Made by a program: the position numbers and the translations under genes
In this document: piece by piece, positions 23,870 through 36,735 of the stretch
Position numbering within the stretch: the first letter of the stretch is position 1
Layout: every line of letters begins with the position of its first letter
DNA from: Chiloscyllium plagiosum
Lineage: Eukaryota
Reading direction: 5' to 3'
DNA: 39,717 bases
NCBI RefSeq assembly: GCF_004010195.1
Contig: NC_057741.1
Coordinates: 3,424,102-3,463,818, forward strand
The notes under the pieces: model-generated
Told to the model about the DNA's origin: nothing
The model's input: the letters and a program-made list of their open reading frames with translations, nothing else
Database searches by the model: none

Positions 23870-24150
23870 GGGCTATGTGAACTTTGTCCCTGTGCTCCTC
23901 TCACTTTCTTCATCCCACTGGCAGCCCTGCAAAACCCCAAAGTCTGAAATTCCCTCTAAATCATGTCTCTTCCTTCAGTCTCTCTCCTTTTTCAAAGTTT
24001 TTTCTAAAACCTGCCTCTGACCAAAGTTTAGTCATCCCTCCACCCATTTCCATCATTCATCATCATCTTCTTCTGTCATTGTTGTTTGATTTCTTTCCTG
24101 TGGTACACGAAAAGGCACAGCATTAATGTAAATTTTTTGTTGTTCTTGTA
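23870..24150 (+). mobile_element. L2-like 3' end, decayed
   Basis: TAAAACCTGCCTCTGACCAAAGTTTAGTCA motif and an AAAGGCAC..AATGTAAA..TTGTTGTT tail. Confidence 0.6.
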
Positions 24151-25013
24151 AACACCCTTCCCCCAACCTGCATGCAAGACAGTTGATCCCAACAGCCTTA
24201 TTCAGTAGTTGAATCCCCTTTGGCGCACCGGGATTAGTAGGGGGATGATAGTCGCTTCAGTCATCAAATGGCTTTTTACTCTCCATTGGTCATTAACACA
24301 TCAGTTCAGATGCGGATCCGCCAGGAACAGTTGGGCAAGTGCACTTGGCTCACACTGCATCCACCAACTGTACGAGGTTTCACTCACTGAGGTCATTGGT
24401 GCAATTCCATGGGCCCATGCCAGCTCTGTGGTAGTCCTAACCTCCTAACCATTATCATACCACGCTCCAATCTCTAGCTACTACAAGCTGTGGTCTATTC
24501 AGCAGTGGTATTCATGTTCATTTAACAGGATGTACATATGTAGGAAAAACATCAACATGAAATCAGCAAATATTTGTGGCAAAGTTATTTGTAAAATAAG
24601 TGCAACCATGTATTTGTTGTTCAATCAACTGATTGAATTCCAGTGTTAGACTCAATAACAAGATCTTTAAACTGCTTAACTTAACATTGATTCAGAACAG
24701 TTAAAGGGAAGCGACTGCTTCAAGTTAAGCTCAAGATGCATATTGGTATTCTCTCTACCCGTCTGAGCTCACAGACCTGGATTCAAGTTCCACTTGCTCT
24801 AGAGATGCGTAATAATATCTCTAGACAGGAAAGAAAAATAGCTACTTGTTGACTCCCCTTCTTGCAACTGCATTACAATGTCCAATGCTAATTATTTGCA
24901 GGCTGCAATAGTGTACCTGATTGACATATTAAACAATAAAGTAACCCTGAAGGTTAATCAGGACAAAGAAAAACACAACGCCTTGGTCTATTGCTATGAC
25001 AGAAATGAGTATG

Positions 25014-25043
25014 TTTAATACTGATTGGCCTCCTTCATTTATT
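25014..25043 (-). terminator. Candidate annexin polyadenylation signals
   Basis: Minus-strand AATAAA (25043-25038) and ATTAAA (25019-25014) about 0.5 kb after the stop, then GT/T-rich GTTGTGTTTTTCTTTGT at about 24979-24963. Confidence 0.55.
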
Positions 25044-25548
25044 TGGTTCCCTCAGGAGCAAAGCAAAGACAATATCTGGTACTTAGTTAATCTCAAAAAG
25101 CTCCAACTTCAACCTTATGACATTTACATTTAGTTTCAAATTACTCATTATATTTCATTGACATACCGCTATGGCAATAATAAATTGTTAAATTGGCAGC
25201 TGCATTAACTACTTGATTATGGTGAATAGCAAGCTTACATTGCAAAGTCAATAAATGCAATAGAATGAACACCTTTGAGATCAGAGAGGAATTATTCATC
25301 TCAGTGACAGTCTTCTGCCATGTAAGGCAATGGTTTGTGTCATGGTAGTCAATATTAATTATATAAATCACAAATGAAGAAAGAGGAACTATCAGAGACC
25401 TCCCTCAAAAGTGCTAGAAATAATTTCTTTTGCATGCTTTACAAGCTTTAGTTCCTAAAAAAATTGCATTACAATAATATCTGCTTAATTAATCATACAG
25501 GCCAAAGCCTCAAATCTATATGTGGAATTGATTAAATCATAAGTGGCA

Positions 25549-25611
25549 CTATTTATCTTCACCACCACACATGCTGAGAAGGGCATTCCTGTAATCGCCC
25601 GATGTATCGTT
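25549..25611 (-). CDS. ANXA5: Annexin A5-like, last coding exon: NDTSGDYRNALLSMCGGEDK*
   Basis: Polypyrimidine acceptor TTTCTTTCTCTGCAG, annexin DTSGDY..LL..CG terminus, TAG at 25551-25549. Confidence 0.95.
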   Translation of the reverse strand, partial: NDTSGDYRNALLSMCGGEDK

Positions 25612-27209
25612 CTGCAGAGAAAGAAAAGGTTTGTTAATATAAATCGCACAAGGAAACATATGGTTGTGTGAATTAAGCTATATTGTTCAAAAAGACAAAA
25701 GACAAAATCCTAATAAGGGGACAAGTCCTCCTCTTGACAATTTTAGAGATCTTATGTATTAAAACATGGAAGCACGAGAGGTTTTATATAGCAATGATTC
25801 CTTGAACAAGCTTAAATGACAGCATATACAAAGAGAGTGAGCAAAATGGAACCATACAAGGTAGATTTCCACAAACTATATACACTGAAAATCCATCTCA
25901 AGGTCTCAAAAACAGTTAGTTCTACAACATTTTCATAGAAAATTGAGAAAGAATTCACACTTAGTCAAACAGATAAAGCATAAAATCAAACACAAATACA
26001 TTATGTTTTTAATCATTCATAACTGCAGAGTAGACGAATAATTTTCTCTCAGAGGTTGGGGTTTACACAAAGTCAAGAGTGCAAGTCCTGCTTGGGAGAA
26101 GTTATTGACACCTGCATAGTGCCAATATTGCTACATCAAACTGGATTCAGAATATCCTCAATGCCTATGCCGATGAACCTACCTAATCAACTATAGTACA
26201 CATTATACTGGCAAATGCTTCCTAGCAGTGTTTAGCTCCCTTTGTTAAAAACCCTTTGGACTTTTTGGATTTTGGTATCCCAGCTTTTTAATAAAATAAA
26301 ACCCTAAAGTTCCCAATCTTCTCTATTCAAAAAAAAAATGTTTTAATCAGCCATTCTGACCATCATTTGACTTTATCCTGCATATTCAACCTGATATTTT
26401 GAAACTACCATTTCTCCTCAACTTGGATGCAGTAATACCTGTCAATCACTTTCTCTTAATCCTTCTTATTTCTTTGTAGTTTGCCTTTTCAAAGTCAGAG
26501 TTAGCCCTTGAGCCTTAGCTGTAGCAATTGTCAGAATATCTGAAATTGAATCATGTGATTCATAACATTTAGAGGCTGTAATACTATTTAAAATATGAAT
26601 GCTGCATTGATTCCATGCAAGGAGGTGTTCATGATAAAAGCATTACCCCTAGCGACGTCTCCAGCACTGGGTCAAAAAAAGTAATCTTCTACCACATTAA
26701 TAAATGCCAAGACATTTCTTATTTAACTGCATCTTTTTTATATTAAGTTGATTGAAGTTATTTTTCTATCACATTATTGCCTTTCTGACCCTTCCTTAGA
26801 TATTACTTTTATCTTATTCAGAGGATCTACCCCACCCCCTTTCCCAAACTATTGTTACCCCATCTATAAATATGAGTCAAGTCAAGCCTATTGTTTTGTG
26901 TTCTAAGACATTAAGAATAAATTATGTTTCTACAAAACTCTATATTCTCAAAATGTCTTAAAGTACTTCACAGCTAATTAAACATTTTAAAGAGGAGTCA
27001 TTGTAATAACACAGGCAACCTAATTTGAGTTCAAAGGTATCTGTATACAGGACTTTGCCCGATTATCCTGCCATGTATTTCATTACTAACCATCCTTTTT
27101 AATCCACTTATCTTCCAGGGTGAGACATGAAATCGGGAATCTTTAAGTTGTCATTTTGCTGGCATCAGCTATACCCTCCAGATTTGAGCCATAGGGAAGA
27201 GGCTGAATA

Positions 27210-27630
27210 CACTGGAGCTATTTTCCCTGCAGTGCCAGAGGCTGAGGGACGGCCTTGCATAGAGGTTTATAAAACCATGAGAGTGGTTTTATAAATAGGG
27301 TGAATAGACCAAGGCTTTTCCCTGAGGTTAGGCAGTGCAAAACTAGAGGGCATAGGTTTAAGTTGAGAGAGTAAAGATTTAAAGGGGACCTAAGGGGCAA
27401 CGTTTTCACGCAGAGGGTGGTGTGTGTATGGAATGAGCTGACAGAGGAAGTGGTGGAGGCTGGTACAATTACAGCATTTAAAAGGCATCTGGATGGATAC
27501 ATGCTTAGGAAGGGTTTAAGAGGGATATGGGCTAAATGCTGGCAAATGGGACTAGATTAATTTAGAATGTCTGATCGGCACTGACGATTTGGACCGAAGG
27601 GTCTGTTTCTGTGCTGTACAAACTCTAAGA
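27210..27630 (+). mobile_element. CR1 3' end (intronic)
   Basis: ACTAGAGGGCATAGGTTTAAG..GTATGGAATGAGCTG..GGACCGAAGGGTCTGTTTCTGTGCTGTA. Confidence 0.9.
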
Positions 27631-27805
27631 CAGTAAAAGTACCTTATTTCAAATATTTAAATATTCAGGTCAAGATGTTTGTTTTTTTTTTGGGCTTGTT
27701 TATTTATCGGTCATATCTACTGCTATTACATCTGGGTAACAACCACTAAGCAGCTTGTAATTTTATCTTTCTCACAAAGGAGCCCTTTCTGTTCCATAGC
27801 CATAC

Positions 27806-27928
27806 CTTGATCATACTGGAGAGAGTTTTTCCATAATTGGTGTAGAACTTCTCCCGTATGTCTAGCAAATCGACTTCACTCCTTGAAATCATTACCCTGA
27901 TAAGTGTATCATCATCGGTACCAGCTCC
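27806..27928 (-). CDS. ANXA5: Annexin A5-like exon, 123 nt: [41 protein letters not shown]
   Basis: TAG/GTATG splice sites, phase 0/0, repeat IV GxGTD motif, canonical annexin exon length. Confidence 0.97.
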
Positions 27929-28382
27929 CTAGTTGCAAAAGAAAATGCAAAAATACTTCACTCCTTTTGTCAGACTCTGTCAATTCAAAGACAATGCAAT
28001 ACTGTAGCTGTCTGCTTTTATCCAATATCCATTAAAAAGGTTTCCTCTACAAAGTCAATTTAGTTTTACATTTTACATGGATCTGTTAAACAGTGAACAA
28101 ATTATAGCTTGATCTACTGAGGTCTTTAAACACCGGACAGAAAAGTGAGTTGTAAAGTCAATGTTCAAGAGAGAACCAGTTAAAATAATCTTCCTTGCCA
28201 TTTTAAGAATTGCACACTTGATAAATGACAATTTATTCAACTGAAGTGCACCTTTCGACCAGAACAAGGACCGTTTTGCTCACCAGTGCCCAGAAGGAAA
28301 GACAGCAGATGAATTCTGCTGCATAGGACTTAGGTGAGAGCATCTTGATGGCAAGCCTACCTTGGCATGCTGATGGACACAT

Positions 28383-28679
28383 GGGCGGCACGGTGGCTCA
28401 GTGGTTAGCACTGCTGCCTCACAGCGCCAGAGACCCGGGTTCAATTCTCGCCTCAGGCAACTGACTGTGTGGAGTTTGCACATTCTCCCCGTGTCTGCTT
28501 GGGTTTCCTCCGGTTTCCTCCCACAGTCCAAAGATGTGCAGGTCAGGTGAATTGGCCATGTTAAATTGCCCGTGGTGTTAGGTAAGGGGTAAATGTTGGG
28601 GTATGGGTGGGTTGCGCTTCGGCGGGTCAGTGTGGACTTGTTGGGCCGAAGGGCCTGTTTCCACACTGTAATGTAAAAA
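28383..28679 (+). mobile_element. HE1 SINE, well preserved, followed by (CA)n at 28682-28699
   Basis: GGGCGGCACGGTGGCTCAGTGGTTAGC head, V-domain and tail; CpGs retained. Confidence 0.95.
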
Positions 28680-28949
28680 TGACACACACACACACACACA
28701 AAGAGATGCTGGGGCCATTGGCTCTTCAACCAAGTACTATGGCATCAAACAGTTTTAACAGTGCTGTCTCAAAGGCTTCCAGCCTTCCTGGGTGCCAGTT
28801 TGAACAGAAGCAGCTGCTGGGCATGTCCCAGCCTTAACTTCACATCTTTTGGCCTGAAATAACACATCCTTAAAAAAATAGGACATGTTTTGTAATGATG
28901 CCCCTGCATGCCATTCAAGTACACAAATGTAAAAGGCTGGTCACTTTAG

Positions 28950-29880
28950 CATTAAGAAGTTACCACGGTCTGATTAGTAAGTTTGCGAATGACACCAAAA
29001 TTGGCACAGTTGCAGATACTGAGGAGGATTGTCAAATGATACAGTGGGATTAAAGTGCAGATTTGGCCAGAGAAATGGCAGATGGAGTTTAATCTGGACA
29101 AACGGAAGATCAAATTCAGGTGCGAATTATACAAGAAATGGCAGAACCCTTTAAAGCGTTGACACACAGAGAGATCGGAGTGTTCAAGTTCACAGAATCC
29201 GGGGAGTGGCAACACAGGTGGATAGGCTAGTTAAGGCGGCATACAGTATGCTGTTCTTCATTGGCTGAGGCATAGAATATAAAAGTTGGCAAGCTCTGTT
29301 ACAATTATATAAAACTCGAGTTAAGCCACATTTGGAATACTGCATGCAGTTCTGGTCACCACAATTCCAGAAGGACATGGATGCTTTGGAGGGTGTGCAC
29401 AGATTTACCAGGATGTTGCCAGGTCTGGAGGGTTTTAGTTATGAGGTGAGGTTGGATAAACTTGGGTTGTTTTCACTGAAAAGATGCAGACTGAGGGGTG
29501 ACCGGATAGCGGTCTACAAAATTATGAGATGCATAGATAGGGTGGGCAGTCAGGGGCTTCCCCCCCCCCACCTCAGGGAAACGGTCAACTACAAGAGGGA
29601 ACAGGTTCAAGGTGAGAGGGAGAAAGTTTGGGAGAGAAGTGTGGGAAAGATTTTCCACCCAGAGAGTGGTGGGTGCGGGAACACACTGCCAGTGGACAGG
29701 GTGGAAGCAAGCACATTAGCAACTTTTAAGGCATGTCTTGATAGACATATGAACAGGAGGCAAACAGAGGGGTAGAACCCACACTTGGGCAAGAAGTAGC
29801 ATGTCAAAATAAGGATTAGTAAATCAGCGCAGGCTTGGTGGGCTGAAGGGCTTGTTCATGTGCTGAGGGTGTTTATGTTT
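28950..29880 (+). mobile_element. CR1 RT C-terminal region and 3' end
   Basis: ISKFANDTKIG (FADD-like) and EYCMQFWSPQFQKDMDALEGV..RFTRMLPGL. Confidence 0.92.
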
Positions 29881-29964
29881 AAATTATTGAATTGTATTAT
29901 TAAATTGTATTAAATTTATTAAGTTCACCACCTAAACCAAATCTACCAGCTACCTTTGACGTAC

Positions 29965-30023
29965 CCGCATGGCATTGTGTAAAGTCGTAGCAAAATACTC
30001 AGGAACGCTTCTTATACACTTCA
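29965..30023 (-). CDS. ANXA5: Annexin A5-like exon, 59 nt: (V)KCIRSVPEYFATTLHNAMR
   Basis: Acceptor TTCTGTTTCAG, donor GTACGT, phase 1/0, canonical length. Confidence 0.95.
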
Positions 30024-30373
30024 CTGAAACAGAACACAAATATCATCATTTTATACATATATCCCATCTATGGCTCCAAAGGCAGCATTCACAGAACAAA
30101 TTAGTACGCCATGTTTCAATTAATATTACAAAACATTTGAAAATGATTTGCAAGTCAATCAACCACTAGTTCAGGCGACTGGCATAGATGCATTTAAGGA
30201 AAAGTCAATAAACAAATGAGGGAAAAAGAAATAGAATAGGTTGATGGGTTAGAAAGGTAAAAGTTTTGAGGGGAGCATAATTACTACAAATCTTCCAGCT
30301 GGGCTGAAGGGCATAGTAGCATACTGTAAACACTATATAATATCATGTCACAAAACACTATCTTGCTTCTTAC

Positions 30374-30469
30374 CAACTGCTAGTAATGCAGTCCTCAGAT
30401 TTCCAGACGTCTCAGAAGAAACGCTTTCTTCAATCTGATAGCCTGAGATTCTCATGTACTCAGAAAAAA
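30374..30469 (-). CDS. ANXA5: Annexin A5-like exon, 96 nt: (V)FSEYMRISGYQIEESVSSETSGNLRTALLAV
   Basis: Acceptor CTCTTTTACAG, donor GTAAG, phase 1/1. YMxISG(F/Y)QIEE and ETSGNL are A5-like (human VFDKYMTISGFQIEETIDRETSGNL). Confidence 0.96.
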
Positions 30470-32827
30470 CTGTAAAAGAGTTCATATTAAATATTATTTC
30501 CAAACATTACTGAATATTGTGTTCCTTTCTATCAGTGGGCATAGATATTTCAAATCTGAAATTCAAGTCATGTATTTCTATACAATCAAATAAAAGTTCT
30601 ACATTCTTCAGCATCTCACACGACCAGAGATTCTTGTGAAGAATATGGTTACTGATTTCTCAACAAGTAACGTTAACATGTGCTTTTAGTATCCTCACAA
30701 GGATCACTCTTTTATACGTGAGGAACAGACATGGAGCACTGGACGGATGTAGAAGCTGATCATAACCTGGTGGGCTGGGTTGTAAACGCTCCTTCCGTAG
30801 GACAGGAAGGTGTGTGGCATCCGATGTGGAAAGGAACTCCCATCCCTACCTTCCTGACTATTGGCCCAAGCTGGGTGACCATCCTTTGCCCCTAAACTTC
30901 TCCCATCATCCTCAACATAAAAGGTCAGGCTGCTACGGCCTCTTAACACAAGGGAGGGCTGATAGGATACCTCCTGGGAAATTTTACAGGCAATCCCCAT
31001 TCCCACCTGCAAACCTGCCAGCTGGGGGGCCATGAAATCCTGCCCCTGGAGTGGGACTTACACCATGATTTCTGCTGCAGAGACAGGAGAGTTACGAAGC
31101 GATCCACAGGATCGCCTAGTACTATTTCTACACAGTCTTAAGGCAGCTACAACAACAGCTTCCTCAGGTCCTTAGAAGTCTCCACTATTTAGCAAACAAA
31201 CTCACAGAAATTTATATCTGGACAGGACAACCCAGCGTACCTTCTTACAGACCCCTGCAACAGCTTACCCAACCTGACCCACCTCCATTTGTCTGAAAGA
31301 CACATACACACACAGTTACGACCCGGATCACCAGCTCCTTGTCTCTTTCCCAGTGCTCCAAGCCCAATTATTCTACACCTGTCCAACAAACTGACTTCCG
31401 GGTAGGGAACCTGTTGGTGATGCCACTGCCTGCTGTGCAATTGAAATTCCCTGTATTGTGAGAACTTGCAACTGCAGGACTTCCTTTATATTCCTGGTGG
31501 CACACTCACTTGGTCCCAACCTACAGTGGATGAAGAAATTAACAATCTCCCCAAGTCATTCACTAACTTCATTGACAACTGAGGAGTTGGGGAGTGATGC
31601 GATAATACGATGGATAGCACTCCTCTCCTCCCACCGAACATGTGAACTTCAGACAAAATGAAGTTTCAGCCAACTTTCAGTCAGACCTTAAAAATGAAGA
31701 TTATTACTGTTTTGCATAATATTAGGACAGTTATTTGGCAAGGCATTGGTTTTAAATGTGCCGATATAAAAATAGTCTTGGCTTCAAAAGTGGCCTGTAG
31801 GCAGTGAACATTTTAGGATGTCCTACTAGAAAAGGCAAAACTAAAATTGAAAACCATGTGAAAACAAGGAGTTTGAGAATTAATGTTAAACAAAGACCTA
31901 ATCCCAGAAGTGAAAAGTGAAAGAAGTGCATGAATCCTGGATCAAGTGAAAAGGTTCAGGCACTTTGAGCAGATATCACAGATGATGAGGTGTGATTGTG
32001 ACTTGAAGAAGAATTGACATAGCTAGGACCAACTTTGTCTGAATTGAAGGGTGTCTTAACATCAAAGAAACTGAACTTAAATCTTAGGATAAGGATACAG
32101 AGATATTTACATTTTATTACGCATTTAAATGCTTCAGAAACATAACAAATAAAGGAAATATGGATAAGCTGACTGTATTAGAGATGTGGACCTGTTCAAG
32201 AATGTTCTACTGATTTACACGGAGAGAAATGCTTATGAAGAAGTGTTGACAATAGCTGGAGAAGGAAGAGAGGACGTCAGTGTTATCAAGGAGAACACCT
32301 TGGTCACAGTAGACAGTTAACGGAGAAGATCAAAGGAAAATATTGGAGAAGGAAGCAGAGGAGAAAACAGATGACGGATGATTTTGTGGAATGTGTAAGG
32401 GCAGCGTGGGACAGACAGAAATGGAGATCCATGCTATTTAACACTCTGGGAAAATTATGACAATTGATGAACTACAAATGCAAGCTTTCTACTGTTTAAC
32501 ACCTCCCAGTTAATGTGATTGGGACCTTGGCTCTCAATTTTAAAAATGTTCCATTCACAGTATACCAAGTAATCAGATGTTTAACGCATACCCATTGCGA
32601 CTTAGGTCAAAGTCAGAAGGAGGAAACGATGACGGAGAAAGAAAGCAGAAGAATACTAGTATCTCCAGCTTTTAGTCATTGCAAACATTAATGTTTGAAA
32701 TTAATTGCATTATTCCCAAAATATTCTTTTAAAAGGTTACAGTTTAAAGTATTTGACCAATACTACAACATTTAAATCATAATTATAATTTATTGCCAGT
32801 AATGAACGTGAAACCAGCACAGCTCAC

Positions 32828-32921
32828 CTTGCCGAAGGTGAGCAAAACTCTTGGTCCCAATGATCGTGAGGAATGTTGACTCATCAGTGCCGCATTTCAA
32901 TTCTCCAGCTTGAAACAGTTC
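32828..32921 (-). CDS. ANXA5: Annexin A5-like exon, 94 nt: ELFQAGELKCGTDESTFLTIIGTKSFAHLRQ
   Basis: CAG/GTGAG splice sites, phase 0/1; matches human A5 ALFQAGELKWGTDEEKFITIFGTRSVSHLRK. Confidence 0.96.
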
Positions 32922-33399
32922 CTGTTGTATAAAGATGTTACTCATTCAGCTCTAGAAGAAGTAATGCAGTGCAATACAATCCCACATACTGACTTTCTCT
33001 GTATTCCAGTCCACTTCATGTCCAACTTTTCAAAGTTCTTATAGATTTTGCTTCCACATATTTTTCTCAGGTTGTGCTTTAGTCAGGTTAATAAACTGTG
33101 CAAAGAAATTCAGACCTATTTTGTTTTGCTCATCGTTTTATGTCTTGTTACTGACCTATTTGCCAGAGGAAATAATTTCTCCCGATTTGTTTTATCAAAA
33201 TCCTCATCATTTGGAGTACTTCCATTAGGTACAAGGCTCCCACCAAAATGCACAGCCGCATAGAGGGTCTGTGCATGTTTGCAGACACATAGACTTGCAC
33301 TTTTGGGAAGAGGTCACGGGGGGTGTCCATGCAATGGCACGAAAAATTTTAAAAAAAGGTAATGTTGATTGAAGGGTAACTTAAGTAAGGAGAACAATT

Positions 33400-34250
33400 C
33401 CAGTTCCTCCAATATTTCCATATTTACATGATACAGTAGTACCAAATTGGAGTGGTGAAGGCTGGCATAGTCAATATTGAAGAGGACTGCAACAAATTAT
33501 AGGAGGATGTTAACAAATTTGCAGGACTGTCAAAGAATTTGTAAGTTTAACACAGATAAACTGTGAGTGAGTACATTTTTGAGGAAGAATCAGGTGGTCA
33601 CTTGGATAGAGGATCAAATTGATCCTGGAGCACAATATTTCAATCACTGAAAGATGCGCCTCGAATTAGAAAAACCAAGCAATAGTATAGAATTGAAAAG
33701 AGTTGAAGTTATGCTAAATTAGCATTAAACACTGACCAGACCACACTTCAGAGTACTGCATGCAGTCTGGCCCCGAAGAACCTATAGAGGCACTAGAGAC
33801 TGTTCAGAGAAGATTTACAAAGATCAATCCAAAAAATGTGGCAGTTTTCAAATCAGGAGAGGAAGGAGGGCTTCTCCTGATATATGGCAAAGGGATGATC
33901 CGATAGATATTTTTAAGATTTTGCAAGAATTTGATGCATGGATACAGAGAGATATTGCTAGTAGATATCAATATACAACATTAATGAAGAAATCCAATTG
34001 GGGCAATTCAGAAAAAAAAACATCTTTACACAAGGAATGGTGAGAGAATGTGGAACTCATTACCAACGGATGTGATTAAAGGATTGGTTTAGATGCATTC
34101 AAGGCAGGCTAGTCAAGCATTTAAGGGAGAAGGGAACAGAGGGTTATAATGAGAGGTTTCGATGAGGAAAGTTCAAGGGAGGAGGTTCAATCAGAACGTC
34201 AACACTACCAGCATGGACTAGTTGAGCCAAATGGCCTGTTCCTGCACCAT
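33400..34250 (+). mobile_element. Old CR1 RT C-terminus and 3' end
   Basis: Degenerate AGACCACACTT.AGAGTACTGCATGCAG, TGTGGAACTCATTACCA and AATGGCCTGTTCCTG motifs. Confidence 0.75.
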
Positions 34251-34379
34251 ACATTTTGCAAAATTCAAACACCAAGTATCATTTTGATTTCATCAACCTT
34301 CTCCAACTTCAAACAAAAACTCAACTGGAATACTCAACTGCACAATCCACATTTTATAAATCCATGCTGATTCTTTTAA

Positions 34380-35230
34380 TTAGCTCAAACCTCTCCAAAT
34401 GCTTGCTGATGGTTTCTAAAATCTTACCTAACACTGACATTAGATCTTACTTCAGAAAGACTATCTCATTTGCCACTCTTAAATCCTGTGCCACCTCTCC
34501 ATATTTAGAACAGATTGGAAAATTATGGCAAGTCCTTCTATATAAGCTCCACTAATTCCAACAGCAAGCGGGGATGCAACCCCTCCAGATCAGGTGACTT
34601 ATCCACTTTAAGTACAGATAGCCTTTCATATACATCTTTCTTTTGAATTTTCACTTTAGCCATTACATCTACCCTCACCATTTCCATCAATACCTTGTCA
34701 ACATCCTCTGTTTTAGCAATCACTAGTACAAGGTACTTACTAACTATTCTAGCCCTGTTCTGCACCTACAAGCATACAGTCGCTGATTGGCCCCACTCCA
34801 CTTCTCACTGCCAGAAGCTTCTGTTTTATACTAATGATTTTCACAACCTTTTCACTTCCTTCTCAGTTTATTACATTTGACCTAATTCTCACGCAAAGAA
34901 TTCATTTACTGTGCATCATTCACCCTCTGTTTTTGGGTTCACCATATTCCCTATCTCCCTCATCGTTCAAGACAGCCTGGCTTTGGTACACACCTGACCA
35001 TTCTACTTTTTTGGAATGAACTCAGCCCGTATCCAAAACAAGGCATTCGCAAAGGTCACCCATTGCTCCACTGTAGCTTTTTCCTGTCAAACATTTGCTC
35101 CATTTAACCCAAATTAAAACTCTTCTCATCCCATTAAAATTCTGTCTCTCCCAATTTTGAATCTTTCCTTCATATTGTTCCTTATTCTCCTCCATTACTT
35201 AGTTACACCTTTTGACACAATAGTGTCTTG
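34380..35230 (-). mobile_element. Old CR1 ORF2 fragment
   Basis: LKVDKSPDLEGLHPRLL matches the CR1 consensus KSPGPDG.HPR.L. Confidence 0.75.
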
Positions 35231-35270
35231 CCCAAGTGTTACCCAAGCATGAAATAAAGTTCGTATAGTA

Positions 35271-35600
35271 CAGGTACACAATCCTTTATCCGAAATCCTA
35301 AAAGCTCTAAAATCTGAAGCTGTTGCGTGAAGATTTTTTCTCCATATCAAGGTTGTTTGGTGTGCAAACATTTAACTCCTCACCCACTCGATGCATGTCA
35401 CTCAGATGTGACATGATGGCATGGCCCAGCATTGGCAAGCCTCAATTCTGTCTCAGCACTCACAGTACTCACAGGTGCGTCTGCTGTTCAGTAAGATTTT
35501 TATTTCACCGTTAAACTGTCACTTATTCAGAAATCTGAAAAATTCCGAATTCCGGAAACTAGCTGGCCCCGAGGGTTTTGGATAAAGGATTGTGTACCTG
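35271..35600. mobile_element. Non-autonomous Tc1/mariner-pogo-type DNA transposon (MITE), 330 bp
   Basis: 21-bp perfect TIR CAGGTACACAATCCTTTATCC, extending to 29 bp with 2 mismatches; TA at 35269-35270 and 35601-35602. Confidence 0.92.
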
Positions 35601-35739
35601 TAACAAAAATGCCTCAAAATCACTTGAAAAATGTGGAAGAGTGAAGAACTTTTTTAGTTGTTTAAAGAGAGTTTAAAGGGAGTTATTTAAAGAGAAATTG
35701 TAATTTTTAAAAAATGCAAACATAAATGCTTTAACTGAC

Positions 35740-35796
35740 CTGTGCATCTTTTTTAACTGATGCATCATCGTATACCGTACTCTCATCTCTGTTGGC
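35740..35796 (-). CDS. ANXA5: Annexin A5-like exon, 57 nt: ANRDESTVYDDASVKKDAQ; upstream exons not found in the window
   Basis: Strong polypyrimidine acceptor, donor GTCAGT, phase 0/0; matches human A5 ANRDPDAGIDEAQVEQDAQ. Confidence 0.95.
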
Positions 35797-36096
35797 CTGA
35801 AAAAAAGAGAAAGAAATTTCACCTTTTATAAATGAAGACTCTCATAGTTGATCATCAACTGAAATCTGTTGCTACAAGTTACTGATTATTTAATTATCAC
35901 TCATGGTAACTGAAACAGTAGCACAGAATGGCAGAAGTTACAAATTGCTGGCAATTGATTATTACACAACATCTTCAATCTCACATCTGAGATCTCACTA
36001 ACATTGCTTCTCTCTCTAAGAATTTGTTTCATTTACCAAACGAAAGAAACACAGCAAATAACAAAAAGGAAAAAGTGAATTATAGCCAAACTTTAT

Positions 36097-36409
36097 GGGT
36101 GGCACGGTGTCACAGTGATGCACGCTGCCTCACAGCACCAGAGACCCGGGTTCAATTCCCGCCTCAGGCAACTGTCGGTGTGGAGTTTGCCCATTCTCCC
36201 CGTGTCTGCGTGGGTTTCCTCCGGGTGCTCCGGTTTCCTCCCACAGTCCAAAAATGTGCGGGTTAGGTGAATTGGCTATGCTAAGTTGCCCGTAGTGTTA
36301 GGTGAAGGGGAAAATGTAGGGGAATGGGTCTGGGTGGGTTCTGCTTCGGCGGGTTGGTGTGGACTTGTTGGGCCGAAGGGCCTGTTTCCACACTAAGTAA
36401 TCTAATCTA
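36097..36409 (+). mobile_element. HE1 SINE
   Basis: B box GGTTCAATTCC, full V-domain, (TAATC)n tail. Confidence 0.94.
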
Positions 36410-36584
36410 TATAGATAGAAACAGACTGAAAGAGAAATAAAGAGTAGGGGGACAGTATGTGTGAGAGAGAGAGAGAGCAGATAGAGAGAGAAAACAAAAG
36501 AAAAACAATGAGGAGAAAAGAAAAAGGCACTGCAACCCAGGATTGCTCGCGTATCATTAACCAGTACATGAAGTGAACGGCATA

Positions 36585-36735
36585 CAGAACAACCTCAGTT
36601 ATCCAACCATCAATTATCCGAATTTCCGATTATCCAAACAAGATCTCAAGGTCCTGTAAAAATGTTATCCAAACAATCAGTTATCCGAAGAAAATATTCC
36701 CTGCCCGTCTCATTCAGATAATTGAGGTTGTTCTA
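36585..36735. mobile_element. Tigger/pogo-like MITE, 151 bp
   Basis: Imperfect TIRs CAGAACAACCTCAGTTATC / GATAATTGAGGTTGTTCTA, TA on both flanks, internal TTATCC(G/A)AA repeats. Confidence 0.8.

Noticed and set aside
28383-28455. tRNA gene
   Set aside because: The A/B boxes run directly into the V-SINE body; this is a SINE head, not a tRNA. The same applies to the other HE1 copies.
30705-31045. Harbinger-like MITE ending in AAATCCTGCCC
   Set aside because: Only one plausible terminus is visible; no matching left TIR or TSD found.
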